From Botryllus schlosseri (lineage: Eukaryota), in NCBI GenBank assembly GCA_051294905.1, contig CM119378.1:21080001-21144000 (forward strand): a stretch of DNA of 64,000 nucleotides. Reading direction: 5' to 3'. Every line of letters starts with the position of its first letter. The first letter of the stretch is position 1. The notes beneath the pieces were generated by a model. The model ran no database searches, was not told the DNA's origin, and saw only the letters and a list, made by a program, of their open reading frames with translations. This document shows positions 51,201 to 60,220 of this stretch, in pieces. Made by a program: the position numbers and the translations under genes.

Positions 51201-54200
51201 ATAAAATTGTAGGGATAGCACCAATTGAACGAACAGTCTTATTGGAATTAACATTTATGATTATATCGGTCGGTATCACAAACGATGCCGCCAAGTTCAA
51301 AATGTGTTTATCTTTGACATGTAAATTACATTTCTGTATGCTCTCCCGAATACTACAGGTGACGAGAGTTTTCGAAGTAAATGAATTAACAGACCCGGCA
51401 ACAGTGATACAAGCTTCGTGGCAAACGCAAGCATAGCTATAAGAATGGGCAGTGGGCAGGGATGTCATACCGTACTGATTTACCAGATCTGTCCTTAGTT
51501 TGACATGTGTTCCCATTTTCGCCAATTAGGCAATGAGTTTTATGCTGCATGTTGCGTCTGTTGTTATATGTATGTATGTATGTATGTTGTGTGTAATGTG
51601 ATATGATAGGCTTATGTAAATATGTCTGTCCAGAACAAGTTCTTTTGATGCTAATTCAATTTTTCGGTTGTCCTGATTTTTGGGTCTTTGTCGATGGCAA
51701 CCTTGAGTATTGGAGAAAAAAATATCTCGGACTACGCACATCTAGGTTATTTTTCGCCCTAGGACTAATTTAGAACGCTTGGTATAACTGAAAATCGTTA
51801 TGTGAAAGGAACAAACATAAACACAGTTGGAAGGCTATTGTGACGTTACAGCGATCAAAACGCAATAGTTAAACAGTGGCATTTGGTAGACAACGAAGCC
51901 TTCGAGGTTCAAAGAATTGTAACAGTAGAGCTCGTGCCAAAAATGACTCTCGTGGCCAAGTGCACAAGGTCAAATTACACAATGTATCTGTTATTCAACT
52001 GAGCCAAAGACCAAGACCGCTTCCGTGTAACAGTATCGGTTTGCAATGTACACCTCGGAGTTCACTGGATACTAGTCCTATATATACCGTCACGAGAACA
52101 TCCAGAACAATGCTGAGATACCAGGCACTCATGACACCGCGTCGAATTAAATTCCACGCATTTTTTCGTCATCTTGAAAATCGGGGAACTAGTAAAAGGC
52201 AGGTGTGCTGGCGGTGATTTTGATATGCGTTGACTTTTGTTGAATTAAAATGTCTTCGAAACTTCGTTCTCGCGAATATAATATGAATCCTCAGCACCGG
52301 AAAGCCCAAAAAATGCATTCGGTCAAAGGCGCGAGCAGAACAAACAAGGTGTATTTGCAGTCTTGCTGCGTCTGGCATTTATAGAGTTATTCCAAGCAGC
52401 TTTTAATGAAAGTTCGGTGGCGGTAAGTGTTTTTTCGCCACGCAAAGCGACATCATCGATATATCTTGACGTAATGCAGAAAAATGATCACACTAGGACC
52501 AAAATCAAGATTCGGCGACAGGGATGAATAAGAATAGTCATAAATAACTTCTAATACGCATTAGATTCTGACTTGATCGATATGCATCGTCAAATTTTTA
52601 TAACTGGACTCGGTCAACAACCATGCATCTTAGAGTCGATCCTTAACAAAATGTAAACATTGATGATCCATGTTGACTGTAAAGCAGTGGTTCCTGACTC
52701 GTGTTTCGGGACACACTTGGGGATCGCTGAGCCAGCCTCAGAGTCTCTCTGGAGCTCAACTCAAACACTGAACTCATACGCACGATTTATGAAGGCACGG
52801 CCGTCAGGGACATCATTGGTTGCAGGTGATTGGTAGTCGATTTGACACTGCCTTGGTGGTGCCTTGTGTGCAGTGACTTACTCTGGGGAGGTTAGGGTTC
52901 GAAATCAAAACACCATCCTTTTAAAATGTCAATTTTAATTTAATGTTAATTCTAATCATAATTCAGGCACATTATGAGGTAAGCAATTGGTATCGCGCTG
53001 TTGCGTTTCGACCGGACAATAAGACGCCACTTTCCAAGGTGAAGACTCGCATTTCTAATATAGTATCTGAAAAAGAGCATCATAAGTCAATCTAATTTGC
53101 AATAAATATCCATTATAATGTTCTCGTTTTGCGGACAGTTCGTCTTGTGCACGAGTAATCTACAGTGACGTAGTAGATGCGTATTGTAGTAGATATTTTT
53201 TCATGACTCGGCGAAATATGGGGTTTCACGAGGCTTGGAAGCCTGATAAAGATTGAAGATCACTGCTGTGGAGTTTGCAGTACATGCGTACATGGGTAAT
53301 GTTAAACGGCCCATTGATGTACATTCCTTACAAAATGTTATATGTTCCGTTTGACATCACGATAATCGCCCGTTGTCATACAAACAACATCCATCAAATT
53401 CTTATAATCATTTGCGAACAAATTTAAAAGCGTCTATTCAAAGACGCAAAGTGCATTTCGACAGAGGAATGAGATAAAACGTGTGGTCGAATAGAACGCA
53501 GTTTATCTTCGTTGAGCGTTACGCCTATATCGTATTGGATTACCTGATTAAAAATTAAAACATCTGAAATTGTCTTTCGCTGGACAAACTTGGATGATTA
53601 TTTTCCGTGCGTTATGAGCGATCATGACGCGTACGCTGCATCAACACCCTTGGGCTCATGAAATAGTAAAGGCCCAACAATGCAAACGCAGTAAAGAGAG
53701 GGAACTTGTGATGGATATTGTACACCGGCTTTGCAACTGTTGTATTAGGAACTCGAATATATGAATATATTTAACAAGGAACTATATACAGATGCAGAGG
53801 ACCGTAACTGCCGCACCGCAGGGGGGGCGAGCTCGAAGGGGGCCCAAAATTATTTCGTCAATTAGCATAAATTATAGAGTATTTTTTGAAAATTTATGCA
53901 ACTTTCCAAAAAAATTTCGCGCGATTTCAAAGTGCCAAATATCATGATTATTTGGTACTCTTCCCCCAAGAAAAGAACACGCAACATTTTTAGAAATGGA
54001 CATATCGGCGTTGGCCAATACCGCGACACGACGTACCAAGACATATAGCGATTTAGCACATATTACATGCGACTCCAAGAAGTGTGCCAGAATGATTGGC
54101 AGCGTAAAAACCTTGGCCAAAAAGGACTGCCCTTACGCTGACCGAAAACTTCGTTATATATACAAAATACATATAGCTTTAATTGTCCATAGCCTAGGCG

Positions 54201-57200
54201 CCTAAATGACTGGCGCCGAATGTTTCTGTCTTGGCAATCTGAACCTCAGAAGACGAATTCCATCTCGCAGGGAAAAATTATACGCCAGTGAAGAAAAAAC
54301 AATTTGAAATCGTGTGCGACTTTTACTTTAGTATGTTTGCCCGATTCTATATTTTTTGATATAGCAGACAGGAGGTCACGAAATAACACCATGTAACGAA
54401 GTCATACCAACGGGTACATCCGCCGAAGATGTTTAATTATTATTTTCGGGCCCTGCAGTTTCCAAGACACCTCACTCAGCTCTACCGGTAAATCTGATAA
54501 AGTGAGCAGAGCGGACAAGAAATTGATGGCAATATATACGCAATTCCCGATCTTATTGACCGATTTTCTCATTAATTATCGAAAAGTTTTGCGCTTCGCG
54601 CTGGCTCACTAAACAGTACGGCTAATTTCGTGCCAAAAGCGATCAACACGATGGGGCGGGTCGGTTTATCATCCTATGGGAGCCCAAGACCCAAGTGTTT
54701 TGGGGACCTGATGAAGTGATGTTTCGTTCCTGCCAACGGGTATACGCCCGAAGATGTTCAATTATTATTGAGGGTCCTATACCTTTTCACATACATCTCA
54801 CTCAGCTCTATCGGTAAATCTGATTACGTCAGTAGATAGGGGATAAAAATTGATAGCAATATATATGCAATCCCCGATGATACTGACCGATTCAATAATG
54901 AATTCTTGAAATTTTTCCCGCTTCGCGTGACTAGGCGAGAATGGCTGGCCCACTAAACGGACACCGGGACACCCAATATTGATGACAAGTAGCGGCAAAG
55001 AGCGGGTAGACAAGGGGGTCTGGGGGGCAAAGCCACCCAGTAGCCCGGTTTATCACCCTATGGGGGGCTCAGGACCAACGTTTTGGGGGGGGCTGACGAA
55101 GTGCTGTTACGGCCCTGTACAGATGCCGACTACGTTAACCACCTCTGGCTATATCCCACCAATCGCGCATAGTGGGTTGCGATTAAAATCCATTAAGATC
55201 TGACTGTGACCCGTGATATCGTTACTAAGATGCACATGACCCAGCACACTTGTGCAGAGGATGCGAATGCCAATAACGGGTATGCCAGATGTAAGGCCAG
55301 TGGTAATAACTGATCAACAAACAGGCCGGTGCAATGCTGTTGTTGGAATTAGAATCTAAACATTAGATTATTGAAGAAATACAGGCCACTCCTTGATACA
55401 GTTGTTTCTCTGTGTATACATCAATGATGAGCATCGGAGCGGAGTTTTGCCGATTTTGTGACAGTGGGGGCGGAGTCGGAGGTTACTACTGATATTTTTT
55501 CGGATAATTTCGGAGTATTGTAACTTTTGTCTCCGATATCTTTGGATAGCTCTGACCAGAATACACTATTGATTATGATTACAAACCAAAACACAGACAG
55601 TTGACATCTTGTAAACTTGTAATATGACGGGTAACATGCAAAAATGATTGTCAAGTGCATAAAAATCAGCCATCTGCATTGCAATTGGGGACTGGAGAGT
55701 AAACAATACTATGAGGCCAACCATATTATCACACGTACCATGTTGTACCATGTGTATCATGTACCATGCTTGCCACTGTTCCGGATACTTGACGAAATTC
55801 ATCGGAGTATCTCGGAGTCTGGGATTGAGCTCTTCGGAGTTGGAGGGAGTTTTCCTCAGACACTAAAGTTATCGGAGGGATTCGGAGTCTCAAAAAGCAC
55901 CATCCGCTCATCACTGGTATACATCGGAATCTACAGTGTACTACACAGTGTACAATGTACTATATAATGTACGTACGCCGTACGGCCATGCAGTATTTAT
56001 ATACACCGACAATACGCTATGTAGCATACTTGTACTGCAGTCGCTTGTCGGTAGTCATTTAAAAAAGTTGCAGCACGAAATCCATCAGTTCATTATCAAC
56101 ACCTCAACCCGATTGGTAAATTAATTTGAAAATTCAAATAATAGGTACGAACAATAAATCCAAGTTCGACACGGCCCGATGGATGTGAAATCACAAGTTA
56201 CGAAACAATATCAGGTATTACGGCGGGCCTAATACAACACAGGGATCCGCCATACCTGTACTGGTGGCATTCCAACAACCCACTACGAACGGTAAATCAA
56301 CAAATACTTCATTCCAACGTGGGGCATGTGGATTAGCTTCACAATTCTCATTGATACAATCGCGAATATTTGGCGTAAATGAATTTTTAATATTTTCAAC
56401 TAAATAACGACATAGGCCTCTGTACATCGGGGCCTTGCAACGCCGTTGTTGCACGGACTACATTTACGAAGCTACACATTATGTAATTTAGTGATTTAAT
56501 TATTCAATATTCGACGCGTGATATTGGAGGTTGTCATGTGTGGTGTGCGTAATGGAATCGTGAATTCGTGCTTAGAATGATACAGTAACGACCGGCTAAT
56601 TGATTACCCTCGGTGGCATGATACATGTTGGGACCATTTTACATCGTGTGTGTAAAGCATGGTTAATATAATTATGCATGGATACTGGTTGCTGATGAAG
56701 CCCCAATCTAATACTACCTATCGTTATGGACTATATACTGATTGCAACTATAATAATACTATATGACACCGATTCGAACCTACTGATCATATAGGCAAAT
56801 TAGTGGGCAAAATCAGTGCCTGACTCATCCGATTCTGAGGAGTAATAGGCGTCGAGAACTCTAGATTATTACTCATTCTGACGTCATAACAGTATGAAAG
56901 ATTTGGAAAGTTCAAATTTGTGCCTTTTGGCTGACATAATGAATATAAAGACAGTTCTACATCACGTTAAGCATAATTTGGTATTTGTCGACAAGGCCTA
57001 TTTCATTGCACTCAGTAACAACGATGAGTGTTGATCACGGCTCCACAGATACGTCAGTTCCACAAACGTGCATAGCTTTGTGCTTCATATTTCTTATATA
57101 CTGCGATATGACCAATCGATATTGCAAGGTTTACACCGCGGAATATACTATCGTTACTTGAATTTTTGGTTGATAAATCAAATTTTAATGTCAAGGAGCG

Positions 57201-58549
57201 CATAATTCTAGAACGGGAAACCATCATCTCTCGCCTCTCGACTTCAGTGTGCCCACTGCCCAGCCCCAAGTCTGAAGGTACCAAAGTGGCTAAGTCTAAG
57301 GCAGTAATGACTTCTGAATTTGATGTCACAAATTCCAACACTATCAAAAGTCTGAAATTTCGATATAAGGACTACTGTGCCGGGTCGGATTTACAACTCC
57401 ACGAAATTGACTTAGTAAACAACAAATTCGTCGCATTAATATCAACATTACGCTTTCAACCGAGATAATACACGAAATCAGGGATTGCTGAATACCTAAA
57501 TAGTAACAGGGTCTTTCCATACTAAGATATATACCTCCTGCCAATAAAGGACGATGGAAATGACCCATAAACCTACAATAGGCGGGCATGATGTATCGGT
57601 ATATCCGGGCGAAAATATCGCACATACCTCGCTAAATTCCTCCATAAAGATCAATAGATGATTCGCTGAGATAATACCCGGGAAAAATAAACACGCCAAA
57701 GAATCGCGAGGCCGATGTAAAGTTGTGAATACCGCTTCGCGACACAAGAGATTCGAATAAATGCGCGTAAGCAAACGATTGCTATATCAAAATCTGTTCT
57801 ACAGTCGCGACCAAGTGACAGATTTGCAGGTGAGATACGCGACTGAACTCTATTGACACCGAAAATGTCACATTTCGACTAACGAAGCACTTTACGAATT
57901 ATACAAAACTTAGCTCGCAAGGTTGCTAACATAATAACGTGATAGATAATTGTCTCCATCAATCACAGTGTCATATCATAGTTAACGTTAACATAGTTAA
58001 CATAGCAAACTATTCAAGATGTTACGATATCATGAACGACAAAACGCAATCGCAACCTAAACACGGAGAATATCATTGGATTTCACTATATTACCATCGG
58101 TGTATGTGTATGTGTGCATAGCCGCCTAGTCGTGTTTGTCACGTATCAAAAAATACCCTCGTTTATTCCAGTTCAGATGAGACAGCCACTGCATGGGTAC
58201 CAATAATATGCAATGTAAAGCATATATAATTTTATAACATTATCTCAAAGTCATTGAGCAAATGCAGATCACAAATATCGATGAAAAAATTATACAAAAA
58301 CCATTTTGTAGATGCAACAGTTATCCCGGAGCGCTGTGTTGTGATAAAATGCTTATGGCGTTTGCCGAAACAACATAGCTTTACAGTGGACGTGTCGATG
58401 TGTTGTTATGTGCATTCGTGATATTTACATTATAGACACAACAGAGCAGTGAATAGAAATAACTTACCCAACACGAGCACCTGGTGCGATGACGCTACCA
58501 TCAGCAACAGATATGCAGTAAAATATATCCATGAGAACATTCGGGCCAT
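24132..58549 (-). CDS. IGSF9: Turtle/IGSF9-family Ig-FN3 cell-adhesion receptor, multi-exon gene model (about 1480 aa or more)
   Basis: Seen: 23 GT-AG exons with consistent phases summing to 4446 nt; signal peptide, 4 Ig, 2 FN3, TM and tail. Knowledge: TCPCDAEPP..V.W.KDG, CTPSNRIGTAG, IPCDGTGDPPPKVSW, SWVPGYDGGY and the tail motifs SVEENYEWDSE and RFEALRAEF correspond to IGSF9/IGSF9B/turtle. The symbol denotes the family; the IGSF9 vs IGSF9B split is not resolved. Confidence 0.92.
24656..24720 (-). CDS. IGSF9: IGSF9-like penultimate exon
   Basis: Seen: TACAG acceptor, SQYSDEPSPASPRPLDENNAR, GTAAGC donor; phase 0 to 2. Confidence 0.8.
25479..25595 (-). CDS. IGSF9: IGSF9-like cytoplasmic exon
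   Basis: Seen: ELLNELNKITKATKSRDERRSRSADILE...; phase 0 to 0; the 3' end could extend in frame to about 25368. Confidence 0.75.
26707..26836 (-). CDS. IGSF9: IGSF9-like exon with the conserved ENYEWDSE motif
   Basis: Seen: PARKDNSSVEENYEWDSEHAMESDIVEAL; phase 2 to 0 (alternative in-frame donor at 26734). Confidence 0.88.
26919..27342 (-). CDS. IGSF9: IGSF9-like cytoplasmic exon
   Basis: Seen: GRGGTTISPPAG...QAQSRAHE; GTGAGT donor; phase 1 to 2. Confidence 0.87.
27833..28003 (-). CDS. IGSF9: IGSF9-like cytoplasmic exon
   Basis: Seen: TTTCCAG acceptor, YAQPLSTSFPIP...NPPHDYS, GTTAGT donor; phase 1 to 1. Confidence 0.82.
28424..29416 (-). CDS. IGSF9: IGSF9-like large cytoplasmic exon (993 nt, Ser/Arg/Pro-rich)
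   Basis: Seen: stop-free 331 codons inside ORF 28323-29423; ACAG acceptor and GTAAGT donor; phase 1 to 1. Confidence 0.9.
29800..29891 (-). CDS. IGSF9: IGSF9-like cytoplasmic exon
   Basis: Seen: TTTCAG acceptor, SSVRKRREITPQVLLELYKRRSFADQTQQR, GTGAGT donor; phase 2 to 1. Confidence 0.85.
30338..30601 (-). CDS. IGSF9: IGSF9-like cytoplasmic exon
   Basis: Seen: SPRPRINGEVISNSIVVDL...ETPFLQKSKIKEANAVFDAFM...; GTAAGA donor; phase 2 to 2; the 5' boundary has alternatives. Confidence 0.82.
30700..30890 (-). CDS. Possible additional cytoplasmic exon
   Basis: Seen: open frame MRLRGQGKINTDGIITLSHH...; two usable donors (GTAAGG after position 30782, phase 1; or at 30700, phase 2). Inference only. 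Confidence 0.4.
31211..31280 (-). CDS. Possible additional cytoplasmic exon
   Basis: Seen: AG acceptor, open LATLPGALTMGTTAPNRLGQWPS, weak GTAACG donor; phase 2 to 0. Inference only. Confidence 0.35.
31533..31670 (-). mobile_element. Probable non-LTR retroposon 3' fragment with (GATT)n tail
   Basis: Seen: (AATC)n on the plus strand followed by TGTGGTGCTC, the same 10-mer seen near the tail of the 21270-21401 insert. Right boundary is approximate. Confidence 0.45.
32205..32250 (-). CDS. IGSF9: IGSF9-like exon: juxtamembrane 46-nt exon
   Basis: Seen: TACAG acceptor, GQRYVTTSTTDTDNV, GTAAGC donor; phase 1 to 2. Confidence 0.75.
32313..32471 (-). CDS. IGSF9: IGSF9-like exon: transmembrane segment
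   Basis: Seen: DPALIGIIVGVILFLLLSTMLGLCFCCRRRK; phase 1 to 1. Confidence 0.92.
33102..34313. mobile_element. hAT MITE with GGTCAAAA subterminal repeats (intronic)
   Basis: Seen: TIRs TAGGGCGATTTTTTTTTGAC / GTCAAAAAAAAATCGCCCTA; exact TSD CCTATCAC (33094-33101, 34314-34321). Confidence 0.92.
33551..33857 (-). mobile_element. tRNA-derived SINE, copy 2, nested in the 33102-34313 MITE
   Basis: Seen: the reverse complement aligns along its length with 10716-10999 (GTGGCGAGATAG head, CACCAATGGGT, CGACCGAGGTCG, GGTGTCTTACAAAA, GGCCTGGTGTAAATGACCAT). Confidence 0.82.
34828..35043 (-). CDS. IGSF9: IGSF9-like exon: FN3-2 C-part
   Basis: Seen: ASSEIKRTKRDAHEPMPEKEAWNTL...LYRDVDYEFRALTATASDYSRPSNPVSYSTA; phase 1 to 1. 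Confidence 0.92.
36498..36698 (-). CDS. IGSF9: IGSF9-like exon: linker and FN3-2 N-part
   Basis: Seen: VPQPQALFA...LLQLSWRKP...KILGYLIEYRW; GTAAGA donor. The acceptor is an AAG, so the 5' boundary is less certain. Confidence 0.82.
37863..38038 (-). CDS. IGSF9: IGSF9-like exon: FN3-1 C-part
   Basis: Seen: YRQTG...MILGNLLPDTVYEIAVLPVNKIRSGPFSDTVTARTK; phase 2 to 1. Confidence 0.93.
38795..38909 (-). CDS. IGSF9: IGSF9-like exon: FN3-1 N-part
   Basis: Seen: TMPHKIKEITVQPFSDSALRVSWVPGYDGGYPQYFMVW; phase 1 to 2. Confidence 0.93.
38981..39131 (-). CDS. IGSF9: IGSF9-like exon: Ig5 C-half
   Basis: Seen: GSLRIEPVTKHIHGVWQCVLKNSVAEVATDVQILVK; GTAAGT donor; phase 0 to 1. Confidence 0.93.
39983..40240 (-). 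CDS. IGSF9: IGSF9-like exon: Ig4 C-half and Ig5 N-half
   Basis: Seen: DPRMYLDEHYSLIIEPAAFSDAGRYACTPSNRIGTAG...KPPRFTDQP...IPCDGTGDPPPKVSWRK; phase 0 to 0. Confidence 0.95.
41127..41269 (-). CDS. IGSF9: IGSF9-like exon: Ig4 N-half
   Basis: Seen: FRARVHDMPPFVHAGNGLKAILTCPCDAEPPVNSVVWRKDG; GTAAGT donor; phase 1 to 0. Confidence 0.93.
42014..42195 (-). CDS. IGSF9: IGSF9-like exon: Ig3 C-half
   Basis: Seen: WYYNNVDVEISSHLSGRYKVLADGSLII...KGNVTCVPDNGIQPSPKATASLFVQ; phase 2 to 1. Confidence 0.93.
43784..43889 (-). CDS. IGSF9: IGSF9-like exon: Ig3 N-half
   Basis: Seen: APPEFLERPTDQRTREEKNALFDCKATGYPEVMRY; 58-bp upstream intron; phase 1 to 2. Confidence 0.9.
43948..44086 (-). CDS. IGSF9: IGSF9-like exon: Ig2 C-half
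   Basis: Seen: NGILLSQGHTHQLAIKKSNTSHRGIYTCQAQSLEGKIQQQAVVKVK; phase 0 to 1. Confidence 0.92.
44794..44936 (-). CDS. IGSF9: IGSF9-like exon: Ig (family Ig2) N-half
   Basis: Seen: [41 protein letters not shown]; phase 1 to 0. Confidence 0.92.
46441..48443. mobile_element. Middle Buster-like hAT MITE
   Basis: Seen: CAGTGGTTCCCAACC...GGTTGGGAATCACTG; exact TSD CTTTAGAG (46433-46440, 48444-48451). Confidence 0.92.
46872..48170. mobile_element. Inner 1.3-kb hAT MITE (family A, copy 1)
   Basis: Seen: CAGTGCCGTAAC...GTTACGGTCCTG; exact TSD TCAATACC (46864-46871, 48171-48178); internal duplication of about 360 bp. Confidence 0.92.
53795..55117. mobile_element. 1.3-kb hAT MITE (family A, copy 2, inverted relative to copy 1)
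   Basis: Seen: ends CAGAGGACCGTAAC...GTTACGGCCCTG; exact TSD TACAGATG (53787-53794, 55118-55125); collinear with the reverse complement of 46872-48170. Confidence 0.92.
55422..55916. mobile_element. hAT MITE with CGGAG repeats
   Basis: Seen: CAATGATGAGC...GCTCATCACTG; exact TSD GTATACAT (55414-55421, 55917-55924). Confidence 0.88.
58468..58549 (-). CDS. IGSF9: IGSF9-like exon: start codon and signal peptide
   Basis: Seen: MARMFSWIYFTAYLLLMVASSHQVLVL followed by a phase-1 GTAAGT donor. The link to the downstream exons is inferred from phase and the lack of a better candidate. Confidence 0.7.
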
Positions 58550-59670
58550 TCGGAATCCAAATATAGACGAGCCTTTCAGTCAAGTAACCACAAGCATTCC
58601 CCCGATAATAAGCCGTTACCGCATGCTACTCGGGCTTTTCATATACGTAGCAATACTCTAACTTTCTATTCATTTAGAACCTTGTCAAGGCAAATCCACA
58701 GGTTACTCACAGTAACAGTATTCAAGTTAAGACAACGTCGATGCCTAACTAATGTTTTAATCAGATAAATTTTGACCAGCGCAATTTTGATTGGACTAAT
58801 ATAAAAGGAGTAATCAGTTAAGAAAACGTGACAGATTTTAAAGAAACTTATTTCGCAATTAACAGACTGCGGAATCTCAATACAACCTCTCGCATTCTTC
58901 AGGAGGGGTAATATCCCTAAGTAACATACAACAATAGGCACACAAGTCAAAGCGAAACAGGTACAGGATGCCTACGCAGAGGTATGCCAAGTAACTATGC
59001 ATTCATGTTTGAATCTGCATGAATACGGAGTTTTGTGGGCTAAGGTAAGTTTCCGCATTCCAGCCATGTACGTACACTCGTACAGTTACCTTGGCCACAG
59101 CCACAGAAGTTGGCGGGTGTACGTAACTGCAGTGCGGAGTACTACTGTTCGTACGTCGTACGTGGCTGCGTAACCGAACTCTCGAGATAAATTTGAATTA
59201 CGCATAGTCAACTCTAATATGGACCATTCTTACAAACAACTCTAACTCCTTAAAATTTCAGACTATCCGTAATTTTCATTCGTCAAAAGTAACCAGTCTA
59301 TTAAATAATACAGCAGGGTTTAGCTTCCACTACTTGACGATGATTTGCAATAATGATTTTGAGCATTATAAATGCGTCGGTCTTCCATGACACCCTCATC
59401 AGCTAAATAGCCGCGCGCGGAACAACGGAAAATTTTCACATCCTACAAGTAGCGCTTCCGCTAGGCGCACTGTTGATAATTATAGCTTCGACTCATTCAG
59501 AGCGGCTTTCGGCCAATTTGTAGCCCGGGAAAGTGCCGACGACTCTCAATTTACTACGCGATCCTGATAAATAGGCGTAAAATTGTCTTGTCCGTCTGGC
59601 AAAGCCGCAGGAAGCCCTCGCATTACCAGGTTTAAAAAGGAAAATTTAGTCGCACGCTTTACTTAATAGC

Positions 59671-60220
59671 CATCTGCTAACCGAAGACTTGAGACCAAAA
59701 TAATTTCCGTATAGTAACATATCCAACTTGGATAATGTTAACAGCAGGAGTATCTGAACTGCTAAACGTCGATGATATTACGGACTTATTAATATTCTGT
59801 CACACCAGTAACTTGAAGACCATCTGTTAGCAAAAAGGCTAGAAACCAAATAATTTTCATATGGTAGTATTTACAACCTGGATATTCTAGCAATACGTGT
59901 ATCTAAGGCGCTAAACTTACGGTATTACAAACTTTGTAATGAAATCAATTTTGGTCGCAGACTTAACTTGTAAAACATCTCCTAACCAACGACTAGAGAC
60001 CAGAATAACATTCGTCTATAGTAGCATATCCACACCGGAAATTCCAGCATTCGATAAAATTACAAACTTTTTAACGAAATCAAATTCTGTCGCAGGCGTA
60101 ACTTTAAAAACATCTGCTAACCAACGACTAGAGACCACTATAACTTTCATTTAGTAACATATCTAAACTGGATATTCATCTGAACTTTGAATCTTCGACA
60201 ATATTACGAACTTATTAATT
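59671..60220. repeat. Degenerate tandem array, four units of 135-155 bp (last one partial)
   Basis: Seen: units start CATCT(G/C)(C/T)TA at 59671, 59821, 59976 and 60111, and share GAGACCA..ATAA, TAGTA.CATATC and ATTAC.AACTT blocks. Confidence 0.85.

Noticed and set aside
52840-52915. tRNA or SINE head (GGTTCGAAAT)
   Set aside because: Isolated B-box-like string with no convincing A box, stem structure or similarity to the SINE copies.
57054-57468. Overlapping opposite-strand ORFs of about 100 aa as Ig1 or a nested gene
   Set aside because: Neither shows an Ig cysteine/tryptophan pattern or any recognisable domain, and ORFs of this length arise by chance.
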